From: Klebsormidium nitens
Lineage: Eukaryota; Plantae; Klebsormidiophyceae
DNA length: 33,768 bases
Assembly: GCA_000708835.1 (NCBI GenBank)
Contig: DF237723.1
Span: forward strand, 1-33,768
Direction: 5' to 3'
Shown here: in pieces, positions 12,267-24,400 of the stretch
Position numbering within the stretch: the first letter of the stretch is position 1
Layout of the letters: each line of letters opens with the position of its first letter
The notes under the pieces: model-generated
Seen by the model: only the letters and a program-made list of their open reading frames with translations
What the model was told of the DNA's origin: nothing
Database searches by the model: none
Made by a program: the position numbers and the translations under genes

Positions 12267-15200
12267 TTATGAAACCGGAGGGAAGCCCGTCCTCGCATCT
12301 AATAGCAGTGGCTCTAGCGGCTTCTCACACACTTGTGGCCCCATCCCAACCCGAGTAGACATGATGTATTTCAACTCGCCGGGGAATTGCAACCCGGGCT
12401 TCGCCTCTTTACTGATCTCCGGTGCAGGCAGATCCCGGATGTCATCTGCCGAGGAGACGCTAGCTTCTTTCAGCAACTCCGCGCTTTCGACGTACTCGTT
12501 CAGGGGGGTAGAATCCGAAGGGGGAAAGTGGTAGAGCAGCCGTCGGAGGAGGGCCCCTCGGTCCGCTTCCAGGCAGAAGAGGACAGCGTTTGGCCCCGCG
12601 TCAAATGTGTATGCCGCCTGCAAGTTTCGCGAGGATTGTGGATGAGACCCAAAGGAGATGCAAAGCCAAAAAGTCGACGCTGTACGAAAGGCACCCTCTG
12701 CCCCGCTTCACTTCTTTGTCGAGTACGTTCAAGCTCTGCAAAAGAGACCCCAGCTTGCCGCCGGCAACGTCATCCAAGGGTTCACATTCTGGCTGAAAGG
12801 CTAATGGTGACCCAAGCAATCAAGTCTCTGCTTTGAAAGCAAACCCTGACAGCAACTTGCATTCGCAGTGGCTGGAAAAAGCGTTTCATGCCGCCTTTGT
12901 CACTGTCTCCACCACATCAGGAGCAATCCCTGCACTACCATCGCAAGAGTTTGGCATAACTGCAAATCATTTCAAAACTTCAAGTGGACGTCGTCGGATA
13001 CCGGCCTCGGCTGCCAAACAGCTCTCGATACGTTCTAGTCTCGCTTCCCGTTGTTCGCCCATCCTCGATCAGCCTGCACAATTCAGCGCCCAAACAACTC
13101 AGAAAGCCCGCTCCAGCCCACGATTCATGATCACCACACAAAGAGTTCGCTTTCCCGACCAACCTTTATCTCCCCCGCCTGCGCGTTCCACTGCTCCACG
13201 AGACCGATGACCTGGCGCGACGCATCGTTCATGTAGAAGATCGGCGGTGACGTGTCAAGACACGTGGCGTGGAATTGGTTGCTGTCGGCCATCGTGAGCG
13301 CGCCGAACGCCTGGAAGTCGCGCGCGGCAATCGCGCGCTCCATTGCGACCATCCGCTCGGGAACCACCGCCTGACGCAAACGGACTGAGTTTTAGGACGG
13401 AATTGAAACCTAGGTCCGGAATGAATCCTTTATTCACCAATGATCGACTGTCTAGACAGTGGCAGATTTCGCAGGTGCGAAGATCCTAGCCGCACCGCTG
13501 TTCTGAGCGCAAGTGCACGTAAGGACCCGAAACAGCTGCACGCTAGGAGGGTCCGACGCAATCGCCAGAAGAAAATCAAACTCCGCACACCGAAGCGGTT
13601 CCACTCTTCTCCACCGCTTCATTCACTCTGAGAGTACCAAGTGACGGGGACAGCGCAACAATCACTCAACGGGCAAGATTTACACGCATTCACAGCGAAC
13701 GTCAGCGGCAGGATGACGTCATTGCGGGATGCTCGCTTCCTGCCTACGAAGTCCTTCATGTGAGCGTCGCGGAAGGGAGGAGGCTCACCTTGGCTCTATG
13801 TAGAAGCAGCGGGCTCGTCCGCACGCTCTGCTGCATGCCCGCGGTGCTGCTCGTGTCCTTCTGCCGGTCGTTCACCTGCGGAGCGGGGTCGAGAGCTGAG
13901 CAAGAGCGGGTCACCAGCGGGTTTAGCACGCGTCAAGAGCGGGTCACGAGCGGGTTTAGCACGTTGCGAGCGGGTCACGAGCGGGTTCAGCACGCGTCAA
14001 GAGCGGGTCACGAGCGGATTTAGCACGTTAAGAGCAGGTCACGGGCGGTTTAGCACGCGTGAAGAGCAGGTCACAAGCGGGTTTAGACGCGTTACAAGAG
14101 CGGGTCACGAGCGGCTTAAGCACGCGTCAAGAGCGGGTCACGAGCGGGTTTGGCATCCGTTAAGAGAGGTCAAAAGCGGGGTAAGAGCAGGCTACCTGAT
14201 GGGCGTGAACATAGGAGAGCTGAGTTTGACACGGCCTGAAGTGCGCTTTGTGATTCTTTTGAAGCGGTACTTTTCTAGACATAGCAGGATACGAATTGGC
14301 GCCAGTATGAGGATTCACGTGTAAATTGTAGAGATTGAAGACGACCGGTGCAGCGAGAATGGAGCAGGGATTAGCATCCGATAAAATTTGTTGCATATCG
14401 GGGATTGGTCACCGGCTTCCAAAAGGTGAAAAGATGCATAATGCCCGCTCTTGCTCACTTTTCTGATCAAGAGACTCTCCGGAAAAATTGCAAGGACCCG
14501 AAGTTGCGAGCAAACAGACTGCTGAGAGTCTTGCGGCGCTTCTAGTCCTTTGCAACTCGTTCTTCGCAAAAACGTTCGAGACTTGGCCCTCTCCATTCCG
14601 TCCCCACATCGGATTGAAGGTCCGCACTATCTCCCTATCTTGCATCGATGTACAAAATTTTGGACCTTTTGCGATTTCGTCCAGAAGGGCTGCTGGAAGG
14701 CGCTTTTCTTCGCCAACAAACTTTCAAAAGGATGCAGTAACGTCTAAGTTGCGCGCTAAAGGCACTCCTGCAAAAGGAACAGCACAAACGACCGAGAGTT
14801 TGAATACGAAGGCTCACCACGGCCACCAGCACTCTAAGGTCCGGCCAGTGCTCCTCCCCGGCCACCTGCTCCGCGATGCTATCGTGACCGTCCGATGCCT
14901 GCACGATGCAGATCGACGGTGGACGCTTCATGCACAATGGACGGTGGACGCTTCGATGCTTCTCAAGCGAACCTCAGTAATCTGGACATCTTTGGAAACG
15001 ACAGCTGTACACGAAAAGAAGCCGTTTCGAGAGACTTCAGCTGACAATAGGATTTGCTTCACGCAAAAGTTCGCCTGCGGCCAAGCAATGGGACCGAGGG
15101 GCTCCCTGGGTTCGGCAGTAAGGATGAAACTTCGCACTCCCGGCCGAAGGGCGTTCTAAGAAACGGTCCCTGAGCCATCAGCACGAAGGGCGAAGATCGT

Positions 15201-16932
15201 GATTCGTAGGGGGCTGCTCAGCTTTTGCATCTTCCTTTCGGAATCGACTTCCTTGGCGTCAAGTACACCCGGCGAAGTTTAAAGAAACACGCAACGGAGA
15301 AAGATGTCGCCACTATGATTGAAGCACCACATTTGGTGGGAGTTGGAAAAGGAGGACAATGCCAAACGTTCTGGACAAAAGAACGTTGGTGAGATTCTCA
15401 AGTGAAGGCTTACCTGCCCCATGTTCCATCGCACGAAGCCGCCATATAGGCTTCTGCAGGCACTGCCGGAACCCAGCCTGCAAGTCGGAATCACACAGAT
15501 GATAGTGCATCCGGCCAGAAGGGTGGGAAGACAGGGCCCGAAATTTGAACCAGGCCTGAAGCACCTGTTATGAGCTCTGAACCGCGGCAAGAAGTCGGCG
15601 ACAAAACGACCTGTCCTAAACAAGTGAGTTGGAAATGCTCGTCCATGAGAGAAGAAGATTGCGGGCTCACTTACCTGGCAATTGCCGACAAGTCGCCAGG
15701 TCGCTCCTCTGTGACTCCTAGAAGTTGGGCTAAGGAAAATACTGCAGACAGCGAGAAACAAGGTTAGGGTGAACGGGGTAGCGACAAAGGCTGGGCATCT
15801 CCTTCTCGATGGATCTTGAGGAGGCTGTATGGGAGGAATTCTTAAGAGAAGGCCTTACTTACTCCCCCTCACCTAGGCAAGCAAAACCGGCTGCGGAGGA
15901 CGCCAGGCCCGCCGCGGTCGGAAAGTTGTTACGTGAAGCGACGTGGATGCGCCAGCTCCGTAGCTGCTCTTGTGACGCTTTCTCCCCTCCGGCCTCGATG
16001 CCTTGCGCTCGCTCGCGAACGGCACGCAGGCAGTTCTGGTACCGGACGCTGTCCGATATTGACACCTCCTGTGGGAATCGGGGAGGGGGGGGAGGGCAAG
16101 GCATTAGCTTGGATCTTGGGGTAGAAGCGGAGATGGCCCACAAGTTAGGCTCACCACGGTACCAAATGATCATTGAGATGAAAAAGGTGGGGATAGCAAC
16201 AAGCCTTGACTGGAGCCCATCTGAGCATTAGGATCGCAGCGGTTGCATCAACAGGCATCACAAACAATCTTACACGTGGGAGACCTGTCTGACGAAGCAT
16301 CCGAAGTTCCATAAGGCGTGCCAGAGTTGGGGAACTTGTCAGGCAGGTGTTGCATTGTGGTCGAGAGAGTGCTCAAGCTAGAGCTGGTCGGCGGGAATCA
16401 AGCGAAACACTCTGATTCCACTGGTTTCAACTGCGCCGCTGATCTGAAGAGTGGTCGCCAGTGCTGTCCTTGAATTAGAGAGACCAGATCCCAAGCACCC
16501 AGTAACTAACAGCCTGTAGTCATCCAATCACTCGGCTTTCCCAATTGGCAACCACAGCTTACGAACGGCAGGTACTGTGCCATTCTAAGTTTGATCCGAG
16601 CGCCCAGGATACTATGCCTAACCACCAAAATGCTTTGACCACCCACGCCACAAATCGCCCACCACCAGAGGAGACCATCAATTGGGAGTCGACCTCACCT
16701 TTCCATTCAGCCACAGCTTGTCTTCCTCAAACGCAGGGCTGATTGCCACCGTGGTGGTTGCGGCCAGATCATTTGGATCCAGAGTGACGCTCAGAGAAGA
16801 ATTCAGGGGAAGGATCAGGGCTTCGTCCCGCTTGCCCCAGTACTTGATTACAGCGATATTTGTCGGCGTGCGCGCAGTGACAGAGAAGATAGGGGCGCCA
16901 TCAGGAGACTGAGAGAGCTGGATTGCGCCCAT
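12267..16932 (-). CDS. MVD: Diphosphomevalonate decarboxylase, 8 exons, ~428 aa
   Basis: Exons 16932-16699, 16068-15873, 15741-15675, 15477-15414, 14898-14818, 13875-13789, 13370-13164 and 12617-12267 (1287 nt, all GT-AG). Motifs: [75 protein letters not shown]. Confidence 0.96.
13901..14191. repeat. Minisatellite in MVD intron 5: ~8-9 imperfect 31-34 bp units, consensus CAAGAGCGGGTCACGAGCGGGTTTAGCACGCGT
   Basis: Units are read directly in tandem with no unique spacers. Each unit has an internal GAGCGGGT duplication. Confidence 0.92.
14915..14954. repeat. Two-copy 15-bp direct repeat near the 3' end of MVD intron 4
   Basis: GACGGTGGACGCTTC at 14915-14929 and 14940-14954. Confidence 0.75.
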
Positions 16933-17534
16933 TGCTGCGACCTGCCGTACCAAGCGAGCAGGGCGCCCTTGCTGGGTGTTGAAAAGGACTCAATGGCTCC
17001 TGCTCAGACTCGAAGAGCTGACGAACAAGCTCAGCTGGCACCCACTAGCTATAAGAGGCGCCTTCGCCCTCTCTTCTCTGCACTTCTGATCTTCAAAGAT
17101 CTCTCGCATGAAGTCGGACATCAGCTGGAGCAATGTGACAGCAAAATTTGAAAGCAAAAGCTGGCCCTGCTTCAAATTCCAGCAGATATCCGCAGCAGAT
17201 TGTCTGCTTTTTACAGAAACTGGGGGCTTTTAGATTACGCGCATTGGACAGCGGTTATAAGGCAAAATGGCTGTAACGCACTACCTGGCTAATGGAAAAA
17301 TGGTTGCTGCTTCCCAGCTGCTTATATACATATGTGCAACTCTTATATGCAGGTTGAAAGCTGAGCTCCTGCATCTTTTCATCCTGTGTGGAGGCAATGC
17401 ACCATTTGGCATTTGGTGGCGGGGCGCGCAGCTTTCCGCTCTTGAAACGAAATGCTTTCGTCAATGCACAGAAGTCGTCCACTTCCCTATTACTATTAGT
17501 ATCAGCGTAAATTGGCTGTCTGTGGATCAGGACC
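16933..17534. promoter_or_regulatory. Head-to-head promoter region of MVD and IMPACT (~600 bp)
   Basis: Divergent start codons. AT-rich TTATATACATAT / TTATAT stretch at ~17322-17350. Confidence 0.5.
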
Positions 17535-20500
17535 ATGGCGCTCGGTAGGGCGTCCCGTGCAGGGTCCCTTGCAGCAGCCGCCCGGCAGCTCGCACACCAT
17601 GCTGACCATGGCGTCCTCTCCGCTCGAACGAAGGCGGCAGAGGGGTGCTTTGAGCGGGGCTGGCTGCAGCATTCTCTAGGCTCAGAAGCAGCTAACAACT
17701 GTAGCCGGCACCCCTGTGTGCCGACGACGCCTTGCCAGCATCGCCATGGATTCACGAGGCCAGGAGATAGGAGAAGAAAGTTGCATCAACAACGAAGTTC
17801 ACCCTTAGCCACAGTTCACTGCTTGCAGAGAGTGCACGACCGGTCCACTCACACACTGTGCCACTCCGCTCTTGCTTGCTGCCAAAATGTGTATCATAGA
17901 CGGAAAGTCCTTGAACCGAATGGCGAACTTTCCAAAAGGTCCACAAGGATTGCAGAATACGTTCGCTCGTTGACGTGCCGAGCGAGCAGCGAGGAGGGGC
18001 AAGTGGAAGGTCCGGGGGGGAACTACATGACTCTGGCAGAGCGTGTGCGGTGCGAGACGGAGGTCAAGAGGAGCCGCTTCATTGCCTGGGGGGCGCCCGT
18101 TGGAAGCGAGGCCGAGGCGCTCACATTCCTGGACGAGGCAAGTCAAGAAAGCTCTGCAGAGTAACCTTGCTCTTTACAGAAACCAGGAGGAGGATTGCTT
18201 CTTGAAAGCTGGCACCCTCTTGTGTCAAAAGGGTTGCAACTCCTTGTCTGTCGATAGGGAGAATGCGACACAAGAGGGTGCCAACTCCTGGTCTGTTGAT
18301 AGGGAGGCGGCTGTTCAGTGTTCGTTGTCAAATTCGGGCAGTGCCCTTTTCCTTGCAAGATTCTTTTGCGGATTGCCGATGTCCACCCCGAAATGAACAC
18401 TTCAGCATATGTCGAGAATTGCTGATGCCACAGGACGTCGTGTCAGATATGTGCACTGCTGAGGGCAAGCACCGCAATGCTGAGGGCAGTATGAGGTACA
18501 AAGATGAGTTTGATATGTTGCCCCCTCTGTTGGGCCTTGCAAAACATGTGTACTGGGGCTGATGCGCCTTACTTTGAACAGAGGTGCAGGTGAAGGACCC
18601 GAGCGCGAGTCACAACTGCTGGGCATTCAAGGTAAGGCCTCCTGACACACAAGGAGTTTGGCTCACGGCTAGCTGGGGCGCACTTTACCATCCCATCGAT
18701 CATCAAGCTTTATGCAATGGTGTTTCAACCGGGCTTCTATTTGACGGAAGAGCTCAAGGCCCCGCTTTCGTCTCCATGTCTCTGCCGTGTTATATGTCCC
18801 TTCCGTAACCTTGGTTCCCAATCAGCCTGCGTTTCAGCCTGTGTCCTCGTTTTTTCATCTATTCTGGTCCGACATTTTTGGCCCCGAGTTTTCTTGTTTC
18901 CATCTTGCGATAAGCGTCTGGTTTCTTCACTTATGCAGCTGGGCGAACGGTACCGGTTCAGCGACGATGGAGAGCCGGGCGGGACAGCGGGCCGGCCGAT
19001 GTACGCGGCAATTGAGGGGTCGGGGCTTGACGCCATTATGGTGGTTGTAACCAGGTAGGAGCAGGAGGATATGCACCTACATTTTCGACTTCCAAACGAG
19101 AAGAGGCAGAGATTTGCCGAAAGAGGATTTGAACCAAGAAACTGATGTGTTTTCAAGACTGGTGCGGTTGATGTCGGATGATTTCGATTCCGGACGGGCA
19201 AAGATTTATTCCAATTTTGGATGGGTAAAGCCAGGGTTTCATTCATTCAAGCTGCAGTCCGTGACAGCTGTTTATTCGCGAATCGGAACTCGGCATGATG
19301 ACGTGGTCACTTTTTGATTTGGCACTAAACCGGTATCGAATCGACTGCAGTTTCACCAGGTGAAACCCTGGTTTTAGCCGTCCGAAAATCGTTTCGAACA
19401 TTGCCCGTCTGGAATCGAAGAAACCATCCGAACTTAGCCGCACCAGTCTTTGAGATCAAAAGATTGCTAGATAAACGACATCCTGTGCGTATTATTTGTA
19501 GTCCCTTGAAATGACGTCTGCAGCAGGAAATGAAAGAGGATGCTTTTTGAGCCGTCAGGACCTTTCCAGTCTTCCCATTCACGTTTCCCCTTCACGGATG
19601 TACCATGCAGATTCTTTGGCGGTACGAAGCTGGGTAGCGGGGGCCTGGTCCGCGCGTACGGCGGCGCCGTAACCGCCTGCCTCCGAGACGCGCCGACCCG
19701 GGAGGTCCGAGCCAAGGTACGGTCTGCTGCCCAACCGGCCTCAAAAATCGGTCTCCAGAATAGGTCTACTTATAGTAATTTGACGGGTAGGGTTTGGGGT
19801 GGGTACGGGTGCGGAGCGGGTGATCAATTGGGTTTTGGATGTTGGTGTTAGCTTCGTTCTTGCTACAATCTGAGCTTACTTTAAGTAATACAGAAAAGTA
19901 TGCCTTGAAAGTGGGTCTCGGAATCTGGCTAAATTCACACGTAACTGCAACGACGTCATTCGTTTGACGATCAAATTCTTTGATGGTACTCGGCTGCGGG
20001 CCTCCGCACCGTTAGTTGCAAATGAAGTCTGTCGTATGCTTGCTGTCAAAGGTGGACTGCGTGTGCTGGTTGATCTGCTACAAGTGGTCGTCAATATTTT
20101 CTTATAGCGGGTGATGCACGGACCATGCGGCCCTTCGGAGTCTGGCTACAGAAGGTCCTGGTGAAGCGACCGTGGGTGTCTTTGCGCAGGTTTCGGTCGA
20201 AGTGTTAGTGCCCTACGAGCTTCTGGGCATCCTCTATTCACTGGTGAGGCTATTGGTTGCATCACTCCCCCGATCGTTACGCCCTATCGTTGATGATCCA
20301 CCTGACCTGAAGCGAGAACCCCTTTGACGGCCGGATTCACCCTAACAGAGAAATCCCAATGGCTGCAAACAACATTGGCGTGCTCATGAGGTTCTGGAGA
20401 AGGAGCTCTGGCATAGGTATCCTGGAATGAGTTGTCAAGTGGCAACTTTGAGACGTCAGACTGTGCTAGGAGAGAGCTTTTCCGATCGAAAGCATTATTC

Positions 20501-20672
20501 TTCCCCGCAGTTGGAAGCTCATGGTGCCGACAAAATCTCGGAAGAGTTCGGAAGCGGGGACGTTGGGGGCGTCAAGATGGCCCTTAGAGTCGAACCGGGC
20601 AGAGTAGAAAAGCTAACGTCAGACTTGAAGGATGCCAGCGCCGGCCAGGTTGTCGTGCAAAGACCTCCCTAA
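17535..20672 (+). CDS. IMPACT/YigZ (UPF0029) family protein with an N-terminal transit-peptide-like extension, 6 exons, ~360 aa
   Basis: Exons 17535-18137, 18590-18631, 18939-19054, 19611-19716, 20190-20243 and 20511-20672 (1083 nt). Motifs: [54 protein letters not shown]. Intron 1 is modelled as GC-AG (GAG|gcaagt). Confidence 0.92.
18237..18306. repeat. Two-copy 25-bp direct repeat in IMPACT intron 1
   Basis: CAACTCCT[T/G]GTCTGT[C/T]GATAGGGAG at 18237-18261 and 18282-18306. Confidence 0.8.
19152..19453. repeat. Long imperfect inverted repeat in IMPACT intron 3 (arms ~19152-19259 and ~19343-19453, loop ~83 nt); MITE/foldback or hairpin RNA
   Basis: The left arm GACTGGTGCGG...TCGATTCCGGACGGGCAA...CCAGGGTTTCA...CTGCAGTC aligns collinearly with the reverse complement of the right arm (roughly 75-80% identity by eye). 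The ORF-track entries 19114-19317(+) and 19243-19443(-) are similar to each other, an independent sign of the symmetry. Confidence 0.88.
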
Positions 20673-20677
20673 CCTTT

Positions 20678-21058
20678 CATGTTTGGCATGATTAAGATCG
20701 ATATAATCTTTCATCCAAATGGATGACATATCTAGCTCAGTGGACGGCTGCGGCGCTGCGTGGTAGACTGAAATGTGGATGACCACTATCAGCAATCATG
20801 TTAAGCTGGCAATTCGTTGCATGTGCCAGGCGGGCCCGCGTGCAGAAACAGATTCGATTGTGGCCTGCAATCATTATAACTGATATCATAGTACCTATAT
20901 GCACATGCACATGTCATGCATGCCGCCGACATACTAACCCATGTGGTGAATATATACCGTACGAGCTGCGCGTACGTACGCGTGTTGTCGTGCGATCATG
21001 CAGTCCAGCGACAACTGCAGCCGGCACTGCACGTTTGCCTGCACGAACCTGCCGCATG
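20678..21058. other. CATG-rich convergent-spacer segment 3 (IMPACT/SKP1)
   Basis: 11 CATG in ~380 bp. Contains GCACATGCACATG 20901-20913, TACTAACCCATGT 20932-20944 and a perfect 14-bp palindrome CGCGTACGTACGCG 20969-20982. Confidence 0.75.
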
Positions 21059-21495
21059 CACGTTTCAAGGCCGTTGAGTAATCGTGCATTTGTCTAGCGG
21101 TATCTGAGTCTCCGGGCCGCCCTGGACCATATGCGAGTCATACGGTGTGTGGAACAAACTTCAGTCTTTCCCTTTATCGTAAGAATTCCTCTCACGATGC
21201 CTGGGCCTACGTCTGAATCATGCGCGGCTATCAGGATCAATTTCAACGCTCTGAATACTCTTCAGTGAGGGTCCTCCGGCTAGATTTCTAGATCAGACAA
21301 ACCGATCAATCAACAATTGCTGCAGACCTTCCTCTGCACTGTCCTGCGCTACTTTTGATATAAGCAACCAGATCCACATCTTTGGTCTGCAAGAAGCTGT
21401 CACACAAGCAGTTACCCTTCCCGCATAGTGACTAACGAAGGCCTAAAATTTTGAGTCTTTAGTATCTTCCTCTCAACGCGAAATGCAGTCCACGG

Positions 21496-24400
21496 TTAAG
21501 AACCGTGCTGACCCACCCTTTCGGGAGGTGGCGGCTTTGCCACCGCGATCGACACGATGCTTCCCGATGCCAGCCGCACGCACATGCTCATTTGCCGCCC
21601 GTCGGGTGCCCACTGCTCCGCCACGTGGTCGTCCTCCAGCTCGACACCTGGCACGCCCCCCCGCATCCCCACGTCTACGATCGGGTCGAAGCCCACCCGC
21701 CGGATAAACGACTGCAAAAACGCCGCCGTTTGTTGGGCCTCCAAGAGCGCGATCCCCGTCCATGGCTGGTGCGACCGGTGGCGTGCCGACCCGTTTTCCG
21801 CTCGGGTCCGGGTCTCCGCTCGCTTTTGATTTCCAGCTTGGCTTTCTTCCTCTGCTCCGCGTTCAGTCTCCGCTCCTTGTCGGGTCTCCTCCCGGTTCTG
21901 CGTTCCCGCTTGGGTGCCGCTTTCCGCTCTACTGTCAGCCTCCGCTCTATTGTGCGATGCCAACCCGGCCTCCACGGACCCGCTATCTTCCGAAGCGCCT
22001 TTTCCTTTCGGCACCCCCCCCTCTCTTCGACTCACCTCCTCACGCGCCAGCTCCCCCGTCCCCGCTCTTGCCCCGTCCGCACTCCTGCTTCGCTCAACCA
22101 CCGGGGTTACTCCCCCTTCGGACGTCCTTTCGCTCCCCATGCTAGTTTGCCTGCCGAGCCGCGCCCCCGCACCCTCACCCCCCCCCGACTCCAGCCCAGT
22201 CCGCTCCCCCCCACTCCGACACCGCGCCGCGGCGTCCCGAGCCGCGGCCGCCGCCGCCGCCGCTGCCTCCGCTGCTGCAGCTGCCGCAGCCACGACAACA
22301 TCGGCTAAACCGTTTTCCTCCTTTTCAGGGGGTTCCTCCGGGCGCTCCTCCGACCCCCCCGAAGGGCTTCGGCTCCCGCGCAGCTGCTCATGCAGCTCTT
22401 GAATTGTGCGCAGCTTGGCCTGGATCGGGTCCTCGTCTCCAGGGGCCCGTCGCCGCGCCGGGGGGGTCGCCGGGGGTGGCATCGTACCCCCCCCAAGAGA
22501 GGCTTGGAGCCGGTCTTGGCTGGATGAGGCAAGTGCCAGAATCTCTTGCATGCGCTCAGTCCAGTCTGAGGAGGCAAGGGCGCGGGGGCTGGAGAGGAAC
22601 ACAGCGGCCGGTTTGTCAGCTCTTGGTCCGAGCTAATCGGACAGTGTTTCTCTCGGTCGGTGTCCTTTCTCACAAGAAGATACTTCTTCCCGTTGAATGT
22701 TTTCCGGGTTTTGCGACCATAGGCCGGAAATGTACATTACAAAGCATGATAAAGACTTGCTGACATGCACGGGCGAGGCTGAGTGGATTCGATCGACAGC
22801 CCCACTGGTGAAGATGTACGGTGGGCAAACTGTAGTCTAGCACCCCGTCCCAAAGCCTCCCTGTGAGTGGAAGCCTTCAAACAGTGAAAAACGAGCAGTC
22901 CGCCCCACTTGAACACCTCTCCCGTTTCCGGGTCGCCTACAATTCTCCAGTCTCAGCAGTGTATATAAGCTCGTCACAAGCAGTTTGCCATCCGTCCTGA
23001 ACAACCACTTCCTTCAGCAGTATTCAAAGACCCCATGGCCATGAACCTCTAGACAATCACACCCCATCCCTCTTCTTTTACTGTCAGATCCGTAAAAACA
23101 AAGCCCACTCGCCTTTCCAGGGCGTCCTTTTTCCCCGCCGCCAGCTCGTCGCCGTCGCCCTCTTGCTCCGGCAGCAGCCCGTCTTGCCCCGCGCTCTTTC
23201 CCAGCCACGACCCCAGCCGCGAGTGCCCTCGCTGTCCACTCTGCCTTTGACTGCCCACGGGGGGCGGGGTCCGGGGGGACACCTGGCAGGCGAAATGGAC
23301 CCCCTGAATCACTTCACCGCAGCGGCTAGCGAACGCAAAGCAGGGCTAGAGGAGCTAGATGTTGAGAATCAAGCAAAGAGGAGCGACGAGAACGTCGAAC
23401 GTCCGTTGGTGGTTGACAGTGTCAGGTACAAAAGCACTCCGAGCAGTTGGGCGGCCGCGACAAAGACGGCATGGTTGCAGAAATCACTCCAGAGAAAGAA
23501 CCTCACCAGCTCCTCGGCCTCAACGGATGCATCGTCATTTTCCTCGGACGGGGCTCTGACGGCACCCCGAGCAGACCCCTGCACAGTCCAAGCATGCGTC
23601 GTACTCAATTCTCCACTGATCGTGGCCAGAAGTACTGCGACCAATATTTGGTCCGAGGTACTCTCCCATAGATGCATGAGAATAAGGATTTAAGCACGGG
23701 CGCAAATTGAGCTCTGGGTCACGGGGACATAACTCCACCTGTGCACGACACGCTTTAAGGGAGCGTCGCGGCACCCGCGACGCTCCGAGAACCAATGGCG
23801 ATTGATCAGCGTTTTGGCGGGCACCAGAGCAGAAGGGACTGCCGCACGACCACTTCGTTAGACGGCTGCGAGTGCTTACATCTTCAGAAACGTGGTCATC
23901 CGCTTCTTCCTTCTTGCCCTTCTTCTTCTTCTTTTTCGACTTGGACTTTTTCCCACCCGCGCTGCCATCGATGAACTGCAGCAGGGCCTCCACCGAACGG
24001 TTGTCCTTCTTGCTGCCAGCAGCGTCCTGGATCTCTTGCTGCAACAAGGAAAATTGCTTGGTTTATGTTTGCTTTCCAGCGGGCAAGTTGAGGGGTTCGG
24101 GATCGTGAAGTCGGTGAGGGACAACGGAGTCATCAAGGTCAAAGTGATTGTTAGTCACAGTCAGTCAGGAAGTCCGGAAGTCAAGAGGTCCATAGTTTTT
24201 ACGTCCACTGAGACAAGAAGTCAAAAAGCCAAGTCACCAAGTCGCTCCCGCTCACCTTGGTCATTTTCTTGTCCTGCAGCTCCTTCCGCTTCCGTGCATA
24301 TAGCCGGTTCAGCAGCCGTATGCGGGGGTCGTCGGTCGCGTTCTTCACAGGCTCAAGCTTCTCCTCCTGTGATAACGACCCGAGAAGAAGGTTATCTAAC

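Noticed and set aside
13901-14191. ~33-bp repeats as a CRISPR array
   Set aside because: The units are contiguous with no unique spacers, lie inside a eukaryotic intron, and no cas genes are present.
14488-15159. 223-aa plus-strand ORF
   Set aside because: Antisense to MVD introns 4-5 and exon 5, with no recognisable domain; treated as chance.
21505-22402. Several long plus-strand ORFs
   Set aside because: Antisense shadows of the GC-rich, low-complexity last SKP1-like exon.
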